Shown here one piece after another: positions 25,083-37,145 of a stretch of DNA of 64,000 nucleotides (positions within the stretch are counted from its first letter, which is position 1; every line of letters starts with the position of its first letter). The stretch comes from Eledone cirrhosa (Eukaryota). Where the stretch lies: NCBI GenBank assembly GCA_964016885.1, contig OZ024741.1:365304001-365368000 (forward strand). Reading direction: 5' to 3'. The notes beneath the pieces were generated by a model. The model was given only the letters and a program-made list of their open reading frames with translations, was not told where the DNA came from and made no database searches. A program made the translations under genes and the position numbers.

Positions 25083-28000
25083 GATTTCCTTTATTAGCCA
25101 CAAGGGGATAATGTAGGGACATGTAGGGGACAATACAAAGACAGGGACAGTGGGGGTTTACAATAAGGTCGAGTAAAAGTGCATAATGGCAAGACTAACT
25201 TAACAATGAAAATATAAAATATAAAATAAACTATGCAAAATATAACAAAATAAATTCCCCGATAGGGGGTGGACAACCCTGGGGTGATTCGGGTACCCCA
25301 CCAATCCTGAACCACCCTGCGCTTCTAGGGCACCCAGGAGAGCACCCCTCTCCTCAAGTTAGCCAGCCTATAGGCGCATGGTCAGAGTAGGCCCATTCAC
25401 ACGAGCCATTCTCGCCACATTCACCCACCTTCTAGCAAATGTACTGGGGGGCAGCACTTCTCTCTCCACCCTCACCCTCCTTTCCAGGTGAAACTTGAAG
25501 AAGTTGATGAGGGATTGGCCGAAGAGAAAAGTGTCTGTCTTTAGTCCTTTCAACCTGGTCCACCATATAATCTCTTTCGCAACTGCCACCAGACAGAGGA
25601 AAATGTCCTGCTCTTCCTGACCTAAGGAAGGTGGCGGCTCGATCTTCACTATGGACTCGGCCGATAACTGGATTCGTTCCACACGCGACAGTAGCTGTTC
25701 GACATAACTCCACAAGTCAGTAATGCACGGACATTGGACAAGTGCGTGCAGAACGGTTTCGTCGTTCTCTGCGCATCTTGGGCAGGTCCGTCTGACAGCA
25801 CTTCCGTGCCTGTAGAGTTTATCCCGAACCGGCAGTGCCCCCCAGTAGCACTGCCAAGCGAGGGATTTCTGGAAATTGTCCATCGTCCCCGGCTCAAAAG
25901 TCCTCCGGTACAGACTGGTCAGTTCGACTTCGTCGAGGCCCAAAGCTTCTCCGAGTGCGTCATCGCACTTGCCCACCACTAATCCTCTATAGAACTCGAG
26001 AGTGGAAGTTCCACTGATCGCATTGCCCGCTTGGTAGAGGGCAGTGAGTGCCTGGCAACATTCCAGGTGCCAGTCACCCAGTCTCGGTCTCTTCTTGACC
26101 AAGGACTGCAGCTCAGTAAAAGAAATGTGCTGCGGAAAGGCCCGTCTGATAAACGGCGACCACACCTGTTCACCATTGAGGCAGCATATCTGGAGATGTC
26201 GCAGCCTCAACGCATGTCTGCGCATCTTTAGTCACGGCATGCCCAGCCCTCCGCGTAGAGGGTGCTGGCAGCAGATGGACCGCCTCACCAACGGAACTTG
26301 TCCCCTCCACAAGAATTTGATGAGGAGCCGTTCCAACTTGACGAGGCGCGGACGGGGGCAAGGCACGACGGTTAGGCGGTAGTAGATGACGGACGCGATG
26401 TACGCATTCGCCACCTCTGCGCGACCTTTCAGTGATAGCTTCCTCCCAGCCCATTTTTGGGTGAGACTGGCTACTCTGCTCGTTACCTCGTCCCAATTCT
26501 TTTCCACCTGGAGGTCTGGCCCGAACCAAACCCCGAGCAACTTTACCGGTCCGTCCGTCCAGCGCCCCACGACGCTGTTGGACGGCATGTGCTTGCCTCT
26601 CCAGGTTCCGAGCTGCAAGCCCACCGACTTTTCCGGGTTAAGTTTGGCTCCTGTCAACCTTTCATATTCCTTCAGTAAGGTGCCGACCACCTCGATTTCT
26701 GAGGTGTTCGACACCATCACGGTGATGTCGTCCGCATAAGCCGACACCGCCTTTCCACGTCCCGGTTCGAGCGGGATGCCCTGCAACAGCTCCAGCTTCT
26801 GCAGTAAAGGCTCGAGAGTCAATACGTACAGAAGGGAAGAGAGATGGCACCCTTGACGGACCGATCGGGAGAGCCGAAATGGTTCCGAAAGGTGGCCATT
26901 AACCTTGACCACCGAGCGTGTGCCGCTGTGCATTGAAACGATCCAGCTTCTAAAGACAGGGCCGAAGCCAGCTGCTTTGAGGAGCAACTCCAGATACCGA
27001 TGGTCGACCCTATCGAATGCTTTCGATTGATCTAAATTGATCAGTGCCCCACCGAAGCCAGGTTTACACCCTACCCTCTCTATGATGTATCGCATGAGGT
27101 GGAGATTGTCGTGTATGGACCTGGCTGGGATTGCGCAAGTTTGCGCCTCCCCAACCAAATCCTCGACGACAAGCGCCAATCTCTTGGCTAACACCTTGGC
27201 CAAAATCTTAAACTCTGTGTTGAGCAGAGTTATGGGCCTGAAGTTGTCTAATGTATCCCTCTTGTACTCGTCTTTCCTTATCAGCGTCACCACTCCCCTG
27301 CTCACAGAACTGGGAATACTCCCATTCTGCTGCCAGTTGCAGTAGAGTGCTTCGAGGAGTTCGGAGAACAAGTCTGGCATATTTACGTAAAGCTCGTAGG
27401 GCAGGCCATCCAAACCGGGTGACTTGCGCCTCATGCAGCCGACAAGGGCGTCCTGAATTTCGGCTGAAGTAATCGGCCTTTCGCAGCGCTCAGCGTCGCC
27501 CGTCGAGATGCGCGGCAAGCCGTCAAGGTACGGACTGAAATCCGCTACTCTCTCTGACTCGCCACTCTCCCTGAACAACCGAGCAAAGTGCTGGCGAAAG
27601 GCCTCACACATCCGCTTGGAATCGCTTATCTCGTGTCCGTCTCGGTCCGCCAAAGACCGAATTGTGGTTTTATTCCCACGCTGCGCCTCCGCCACGCGGA
27701 CCCATCGAACAGCTTTAGTTCCCTCGTTTCTCAGCGCACGCGCCTTAGCTCTGACAATGCAACCTTCGTGTTTGACGTTGAAGAAATGGTCTAATGCCAT
27801 TCTCGCCGCTAGCATGTCAGTTGCGATGCCACTACAAATAGCCTCGTCTAACTTATCTACCAGCTCCCCCTCCTTTCTATTTTTCTCTAACGCTAGTTCT
27901 TTGCTGAACTCTATCGAAGTTACTCTAATCTCTCTTTTGAGAGCCCCCCACCATCTGTTGTGGTGATCCCCCCTGTCAACTTTTGCTTAACTAAATTGTT

Positions 28001-30380
28001 GACTCGGTCCCTGTAAGCCTTACGTGCCGGAAATGGCATGTTCAGCTTCCAGTAACCCGGTACAAACCTACGCGTTTTATTTAGGTAGACCGTACAGATC
28101 AAAAATTTGTGATCTGAATAGGCGACCGTTTTAAAAAGTGGACAGCCCACACTATTTCTGTCTATTTTCCTAATGAAGATCCTGTCTATATACGATCTAG
28201 ATGACCCCATTCGGTTGGTCCATGTCCATACTGGCACATTGGGGAAATCTAGTCGATACCTTTCAGACAGTTGGAACTGGCTGAGTAGGTGCTTTAGGCT
28301 TTTGCACCCCCCGCTCCTATCGGCTACTCCCACACAATCCCAGCGTGCGTCTAAGATGCCATTCCAGTCCCCCGCTAACAGTAAAGGGCGAGACGTACCC
28401 AGAAAGGTCTCCAGGCGCCTAAAGAAGTCAGGTCGTCCGGCCCCTGTAGGGGCGTAGACGGCCAGCAGTCTAAAGGCACCACCTTCGCTACTGCTCACAT
28501 CCAAGACCACCAACTTACCGTCCGGGTCCCGGAAGATCGACCTTACCTTGAGATCCAGTCCTTTCCTGAACAGCACTGCCCCCCCCCCCCCCCCCACCAT
28601 TCCCGGCCTGCTAACAGATGCGAAGATCTGATAGTCGTCGAAAATGGGGGCTAGTGCGCGCGTGTCGGAAATTCTGGTATCGCTTACAGCAATCACATCC
28701 ATTTCCAGCGACCTTAGGTCGTTGAGCAGGCGACCCTGCTTCCAGGATGACCCCAGGCCGCGAACATTTAAACTTCCTACTCTTAATATGGCCATATTGG
28801 TAAGCTAAGAGAGAGAGAGGGAAGGTTTACTTACCTCCCGGGTCTTGTGAAGGTCGGGTGGTTCGACCTCCATGGTTGGTGGAGTTTCTTTTGGGAACCT
28901 CTTTAAAAGTCTTGATGTGGGTTTCACATTCGGGGTTCCCACGTCTTGAGGAAAGCTCTCTAGAATTTCTTTGAAGGAATTGAGTGACAATCGGACCAGA
29001 AGCAAATCTTCTGGCACGCATAATGCGCTCATTTCAAAAATCTCCCCCTCTGTTTGAATCTCCTCGCTTCGCGCTAAGAGGGCCATCAGTTTATCGTTGG
29101 CCCTTCTGACAAGCACGAAGTTTTTAACATTTTGTTGGTGTGGTTTTATTTGTTTTCGTTTTGGTGAAGGTGGTGGCGATGGTTTTGGTGGTGTTGTTTC
29201 GGGTATGTCTATGTTTGTTGTAGGTGTGGTGTCTGCAATTTCAGGTATTTGTGTGTTTATTTGTACTTGTGTTTGTTTAGGTTGTTTGCGTTTCGGGGAT
29301 TGTGGAGGTGGAGTCGATGTTGCTGATGGTGCTGATGTTATTGGGGAAGTGTTTGCGTTAGTGGTGTCTGTATTTTTTGTTGTGTGTGTTTTTGTGTTTG
29401 GTTGGGGCTTTTTTTTTGTGAGTTTTCTCTGTTTTTTTGCACTTTTGGGTTTTCCTTCATCTTCGCTGCTGGAAGACAAAGGGTCTGTATCTGTGAGTGT
29501 CTCTGTGTCTGTGTGTGCGTTTATTTTTTTTTGTCTATGTGTATAATTGGGGGGGGGGTAGGGGGAGTGGGAGAGCTTTCCTCGTTTTCTCCTTGGATTG
29601 GTTTTGGTGTTGGTGGTGATCCGGCTGCTTTTGATGTTGGTGTCCGTGTTTTTGTTGATGTTGTTTTTGGTGGTGGTGGTGCAGATTTCCGTGCTGACAC
29701 TGGCGTTGTCAACAAAGGGGGTTTGCGACCCCCTGCATTTTTGCGCTGAGGGCAGAAGGCTTGAAGATGCGTTGCTTCCCCGCAAACGAAGCAGCGTGGC
29801 CTTCTTCCGTCAATCATTAGTTGGATTGTTGTCCCGTCCTGCAGGCGGGCAAAATCGTGGATGTTATTCATATCCTCTGGTTTCATTTGGAGAAGAATCT
29901 CCAAATCCATTCCGGACCAGTCCTCTCTCTCTGTCCTTTTGATGTCCAGGAGGGTGGTGTCTGTCCCCTCCTCGATTACGCATCCCAGCAGCCACCATAT
30001 GTTCATTCCTGGTGGGATGCTGGGAATGCGTACCTTCACTGTCCTTTTATCCATATAGGACGGATGCATGATAATGCGTTCCGTTCTGCAGGGGGTCACC
30101 GAGTGCTTAATAGCGAGGGCCTCGGTTTTGAACAGTACCGAGATGGTACCGAACTGTTTGCCTCTTGCTTTGTACTCTATGTTACTTCCGATGTACTCCA
30201 AAGCAGCCTCTACCTCTGCTTGGCTCGCAAGTTCCACTTTTCGTGTCTGCACCGAAATACATCGAAAGAGCACCGTCCTCCTTTGCATGGCCGCTATTGC
30301 CTCGTCCGGGATGGTCAGGTTTGCCCAGGACTTCTCCCGTTTAATTAGCCTCCACGCTTTGGCCAACTGTTCGTCTTTAT
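25083..30380 (-). mobile_element. Tx1 copy 3 (subfamily A), lacking 5'UTR and ORF1 N-terminus
   Basis: 3' end CCTTGTGGCTAATAAAGGAAATC|ATT. ORF2 in three pieces (28795-27920, 27815-26232, 26225-25368). ORF1 pieces contain CFVCGEATHLQAFC. Confidence 0.93.
25368..28795 (-). pseudogene. Tx1 copy 3 ORF2, frameshifted
   Basis: APE, RT (YADD) and CPRC..H..C motifs distributed over three ORFs. Confidence 0.9.
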
Positions 30381-30399
30381 CGCCAACTGTTCGTCTTTA

Positions 30400-33025
30400 G
30401 GATAAAACGGAACAAAATAAAGCCAATGTCAAAATAAAGCCAATGTCAAATGATAAAATCTCATACCGGATCGGCCGTCACCCCGGTCAAAAAGGGCCGC
30501 GTCCGTCAAAGAGGAACCAGACTTGGATTGAAAAATCAGTTCAAACCTTCCCATGAATTCGGAGCTGGAGACCTCCCGTAACCGGAATACTCCTACTGAT
30601 GGCCCGCCATGCTCACCACCAAGAAATCCAAAGAAAAAGAGAGAAAATGGTCAAGGGAAGACAATAAAGAAGTCCTTGAGGCTTTCTACACTCCCATATA
30701 CTACCCATCAAATAGATCGAATATAGAACAGACATATATCAACTGGAAAAAGAAACATCCCCAAAACAGAGACTATATTGATAGTAACAAACTAGTTAAT
30801 ATACGAAGAAATATTGTTAAGAGAAAGTTACTAAGTTATAGTAATTGATCAGATCAAGCAATTAGCGCAAAGTCAGCGAAGGGAAATTGAAACATGTGTC
30901 AGAGAAAACGAGGTAAATTGTAACACTTCAAATCCCAGGGTTGGGCCGGAATCACTGACAGCAAAACAAATTAAAGAAAGGATCGAAAAAGTGGAAGGAG
31001 TGCATGATCAAGATGAAACTCAAAATGAAAACAATGAGATCGCCAATGACAAAGAAATGAATGGAAATGAACTCGCCAACTTGAAGGATGAAATTATGAT
31101 CGAATGGATGAAAATGAAAGAATCTAACATGGGGGAACGAGACACTCCCCCTAAGACCCAGAACTCCAAAAACATTATTTAACATAACTCTCAAAAACAT
31201 TATCATCACAAATAAACTAAACATTACTGATCTAAATCACCTGTACTATGCATCGACTAAAGTCACCACTCACTTATGTGGAGTGAAAAGGAAAAAAAAA
31301 ACAAAGGAATTCCCACAAAAAATCTACTTGGCAAGAGAACATCAATCGCCAAATAAGCCTTCTCCGATCTGACAGAAATGTTAACAAACTACAAAGTAGG
31401 TGAACATGTTAAACAAACTAAACTTAGAAAATTGAAAAGAAAATACAGTATAAAATCAACAAGTGACATAGACATGCTGATAGAAACAATCAAGCAAAAA
31501 GAGTCGGCCAAAGCTGCTCGTATAAGGCGCTTTGAATAACGATCTAGATTCTATAAGGACAATAATATGTTCAAAAACAACAAAAGAAACTTATACAGAA
31601 AAATTGGCAAGTCAACAATAACTGCTAAATCAATACCACCCAAGGAGGAAGTGCAAGAATTGTGCGAAAATTTCTGGACCGAAGAAAAAGTTCATAATAG
31701 ATAGATAATGGATAGATAGACACAGGAAAGATACAGCTCACCTTGAGGAACAAATATGGGAAAATATAACAGTTGATCATGTGCGTTTAGCACTTAGAAA
31801 ATCCATCAAATGGAAATCCCCAGGGAAAGACAAAATACCAAATTTTTGGATAAATGACTTCACAGAGCCTCATCAGCTGTTAGCCCAACTTTACAATGAA
31901 ATGGTTACGGAGCCAGAAAAGATAGCATCATGGCTAATTAACAGCATTACATTCCTACTTCCGAAGAATGATGAGACAAACATTACAGACCGATAACTTG
32001 CTTGACCACAATGTATAACATTTTAACATCAGTCCTAAGTGAATATACATATGACCACCTGATAACAAATGATCTATTTTCCAATGAGCAGAAAGGGTGT
32101 AAACGAGGTTCATATAGCTGTAAGGATAAGCTTTTGGTTAACAAAATGATACTGGAAGATTGTCATAATAGACACACAAATCTATCGATTGCTTGGATAG
32201 ATTACAAAAAAGCATTCGATAGTTTGTCACACGGATTGAAAAGTGTTTAGAGATTTTCAAAATATCTCTCGTTGTCAGTAAGTTCCTGTCATTCAGTATG
32301 AAAAACGACACTCGTTTTGAATAGTGAAAAAAATCACTGGAAGCTGGAGAAGTTAATATTAATTGTGGAATTTTTCAGGGTGACTCTTTATCACCGCTTT
32401 TATTCTGTATCGCACTTTTACCATTAAGTAAAATGCTCAATGAAACAAAACATGGATATAAAGTCTATGACAAAACCATTAATCACTTTTTCTACACGGA
32501 TGACCTGAAACTATTTGCAAAAAATGATGAGCAATTGCAAGGGCTATTTTCCACTGTGAAACAGTTCAGTGATATTAAAATGGAGTTTGGACTAGATAAA
32601 TGCGCCAAAGCCACGTTCACCAGAGGAAAGTTGTTGAAAAGTTCAGAGATTAATCTTGATCGGGGGAACGTGATAAGAGAACTTGATCAAGAGGAAACGT
32701 ACAAATATCTAGGTGTTTGTGAAGGAGACGGAATCAAGCACTCGACAATGAGGGAAAGGATAAGGAAGGAATGTTACCGCAGAGTAAGAGCAATCTTAAG
32801 AACGGAATTGAATGCAAGGAATAAGATCGATGCCATAAACACGCTTGCCATACCAGTAGTAACCTACAGTTACAATGTCATCAACTGGTCAAGCAGAGAG
32901 ATATGTAGGCTCGATACAAAAATTAGAAAATTCTTAACCATGCACAGAATGCATCACCCTAAGGCAGATACAGATAGAATATATCTCCCTAGGAAAGAGG
33001 GAGGACATGGATTAATCTAATTAGG
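30400..33025 (+). mobile_element. Degenerate second Dong/R4-family LINE retaining its N-terminus but missing its 3' end
   Basis: ORF pieces RKWSREDNKEVLEAFY, WKSPGKDKI, EQKGC, DYKKAFDS, FYTDDLKLF, YKYLG, HHPKADTDRIYLPRKEGG. Clearly diverged from the 22185 copy. Confidence 0.88.
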
Positions 33026-36000
33026 AAAGTGTCCGTCTTCAACCCTTTCAACCTTGTCCACCACACAATTTCTTTCACCATGGCCACCTGGCAGAGGAAA
33101 ATTGCCTGCCCTTACTCCTCTTTAAATGAGGATGGCGGGGATGTCTTCACAATGGACTCAGTCGATAACAGGATCCGTCCTACACGCGACAGCAGCTGTT
33201 CGACATAGCTCCATAAGTCAGCGATCCTCGGGCACTGAACGAGTGCTTGCAGGACGGTTTCGACGCCCTACGCGCATCTCGGACAGGCTCGGCTGACAGC
33301 ACCTCCGTGCCTGTAGAGGTTATCTCGAACCGGCAACGCTCCCCGGTAGCACTGCCAGGCCAGGTATTTCTGGAAGTTGTCCATATGCCCCAGTCTGAAA
33401 ATTCTCTTGAAGAGAGCGTACTGCTGATCGTCTTCGATGCCCAGGGTCTCCCCGAGAATGTCGTCGCACTTTCCCTCCACTAGCCCTCTATAGAACGCCG
33501 AGTTGGATGTTCCACCGATACTAGTGCCCAGCTGGTAGAGGGCTGTGAGTGCTTGGAGACATTCCAGCTTCCAAGCGCTATCACTCGGTCTTTTCCTGAT
33601 CCAGGACTGCAACTCTGTCAAGGAGACGAGCTGGGGAAAAGCGCGTCTGGCAAACGGCGACCACACCTGTTCACCGTCAAGGAAGCACCAGAGATGTCGC
33701 AGCCTCAGCGCATGTTTGCGCATCATCAGCCACGGCATGCCTAGTTCTTCACGCAACAGGTGTTGACAGCAAATGGATCGTCTGACCATGGGAGCACGTC
33801 CCTTCCACAAATAGCGGAAGAGAAGGCGCTCCATTTTGGTCATAGTTGGGCGGGGGCAACGTACGACGGTCAGGCGGTAACAGATGACGGACGCTATGTA
33901 CGTATTCACCACCTCCGCCCGACCTTTCAGAGACTGCCTCCTCTCGGCTCATTTCTGGGTGAGAGAAGCCACCCTGCTCGTCACCTCGCTCCAGTTTTTG
34001 TCCATCTGGAGGTCCGGTCCGAACCAGACCCCGAGCAATTTAACCGGTCCTTCCGTCCAGCGCCCCACGACATGTCGGACGGCATGGACTTGCCTCTCCA
34101 GGTGCCGCGTTGCAAGTCCACCGAATTTTCCTGGTTTATCTTTGCTCCTGTCACCGCTTCATATTCGCCGAGAGCAGTGCCGAGCATCTAGACGTGTTTG
34201 GTGCACGACACCACCAAGGTGACGTCGTCGGCGTACACTGGCATGGATCTCCCGCATCTCAGTTCGCGTGGGACCCCCCTCATCGTCTCCAGTTTGTGCA
34301 GTAACAGATCGAGGGCCAGTACGTACAAGAGGGACGAGAGGAGGCAACCCAGACGACCGAGCGCATGATGCTGAAAGGCTGCAACAGGTGACCACTCACC
34401 CTCACAATCGAGTAGATGTCGCTGGTCATCGCAGCAATCCAGCCCCCAAAAATGGGCCCGAAGCCGGCGGCCTCGAGGACCGCAGCCAGGTACCGATGGT
34501 CGACCCTATCAAATGCTTTAGATTGATCCAAGTTGATCAGGGCCCCACCCGTGCCAGGTTCCTTAACCACCCTCTCTATGATGTATCGCATGAGATGGAG
34601 GTTGTCGTGGATGGATTTGTCCGGAATGGCGCACCCTGCGCCTCTCCCACCAGATCACCGACGACAAGCGCCAATCTCTTTGCTAACACCTTGGCCAAAA
34701 TCTTAAACTCTGCGTTTAGCAGAGTTATGGGGCTGAAGTTGTCTATAACGTCCCTCTTGTTCGGGTCTTTTCTCAGCAGCGCCACTGCTCTCCGGCTCAC
34801 AAAACTGGGAATGCTCCCGTACTGCTGCCAGTTGCAGTAGACATCTGCCAAGAGGTCGCCGAACAAGTCTGGTATATAGGCATAAAGCTCGTAGGGCAAA
34901 CCATCCAAACCTGGTAATTTACCCTTCGTGCAGTCAGACATCTCTTCCCGTATTTCATCTGCTGTTATGGGTTTTTAGCAGCACTGCGCTGCGTTCGTCG
35001 AGAGCCGCGGCAGTCCATCGAGTTATGCACCGAAGTCCATACTCCGATCCGGCCCACCGCCGCTACCGAACAATTAAGCAAATTGCTGTTGAAAAGCCGC
35101 ACATATCTGCTCAGGTTCGAGCAACATGCGCCCGTTTTGATCAGGCAAAGAACGAATTGTGGACTTGTTGCCGCGTCGCGTCTCTACCACCCGGGCCCAT
35201 TGAACGGCTTTCGTCCCCTCGTGTCTTAGAGCACGCGCACTAGCTCTGACAACCCAGCCTTCATGCTTTGCTTTGAAGAATTGGTCGAGTGCCAATCTCG
35301 CCGCAAGCACGTCGGTTGCGATGCCTGTCCTAAACGCCTCTTCTAGCTTTCTATCTAACTCTCCGTCTACCCTATTTTCCTCTATCACTACTCCTTTGCT
35401 AAACCTTATCGATTCTACTCTAATAGTCCTTTTCAGGGTAAACCACCACCTGTTGTTGACGATCGCACCCGTCAACATACGCTTAACCAAATCGCTAATC
35501 CGGTCTCTGTAAACTTTGCGCGCTGGGAACGACGCGTTCAGCTTCCAGTAGCCGGGCCTTTGCCTATGGAGTCTATCTAAGTCAACTTCACAGATCACAA
35601 ATTTGTGGCCCGTGTAGTCGACTACACTAGCCTTATTTGTTTCCCTACAGAATACCCTATCTAAATACGATCTGGATGATCCGATGTGGTCTGCCCATGT
35701 CCACATTGGCACATTCGGATAATCCAGTCTATACCTGTCAGAGAGTTCAAAACGTCTGAGCAGGTTGTTGAGGCTTTTACACTCTCTTCTCTGTCTACTA
35801 ACCACACATAATCCCAGCGTGCATCTAAGATACCGTTCCAGTCGCCCACTAACACTAAAGAGCGGGACGTTCCAAGAAACGTCTCTAGACGTCTGAAGAA
35901 ATCTGGCCGTCCTGCCCCTGTTGGGGCGTAGACGGCTACTAGCCTGAAAGCAGTGCTTTCACTGCCGGTCACGTCCAGCACCACCGACTTACCTTCTGGG

Positions 36001-37113
36001 TCCAGGTAGATGGCGCGTATTGCGATATCCAAGCCTCGCCGAAAAAGCACAGCAACTCCACCCCTCGATCCTGGACGACTGGGAGATACGTATACATCGT
36101 AGCCGCCGAAGATCGGCGCGAAGGCTCGTGCTTCGGAGATTCTGGTCTCGCTGATGGCTACCACATCAATGTTTAGTGACCTGAGATCGTCCAGCAGGTG
36201 ACCCTGCTTCCAAGATGACCCCAGGTCACGTACATTTATAATGCCTATTCTAAGTACGGCCATGCTGGATGAGGAAATGGGGTAAGTGAGAAAGGATCAC
36301 TTACTCTGGTCGTGTGGGGAAGGGACAGTAGAACCGTCTCTTCGGCTGGTCATGGGTGTCTCCAGGATAATATCATTATATATTGTGGATTGGGAGTATG
36401 GGTAGAGGGTCGGACGCCATGCTTTGACGTATAGAGTTACGGCCCTTGCCATTCTGAGTTCAAATCCCGCCAAGGTTAACTTTGCCTTTCATCCTGAATT
36501 TTTGGATAAAATAAAGTACCAGTAATGCACTGGGTAATTGATGGCCTTGTGCCTAACGTAGAAACAATTATATATTCTTTTGGAGAGTGACCCCTGAAAT
36601 TCCCAGATGCGTTGGGAAATATTTGCTTTAATTGTTTATAGTCTTCCAGTTTAATTTCGACAATTGTAATGTTCTTGGTGTTGGTGGGGTGTGGTAATTT
36701 AAGTCTGTAATGTCTGTGTTGTTTTATATGTTCCATTAATCCTTTGTGTGTGATATTTATGGCTGTGTACTTTTTTTGGTGCGTGTTGATTTTGTTGCAG
36801 TTTTCTTGTTGCTGTTGGATGTGTGTACTTTGTTGTGTTTGCGATGTTAGTGTTTTGGTGATGCTGGTGGTGGTGGTGTGGTTTTTGTTGGTGGTGATGC
36901 TTGTGGTTGTGATGTTGATGGTAGTGGTGTTGCTGCAAGTCTCCTTGCAACCTTTACCCCTCTTTTTTGCCTTGGCTTTTGGAGGGAGAAACTCTGGTGT
37001 TTTTGCGTTTGTTCTTTTTGTAGACAACCGTTTTACACTCCTCAGCCACTCATACTCCATATCCGACTGTGAGAGGTCAGGGAGGGCTATGAGTTCTACC
37101 TTCTTATTTGTAT

Positions 37114-37145
<32 letters not shown>

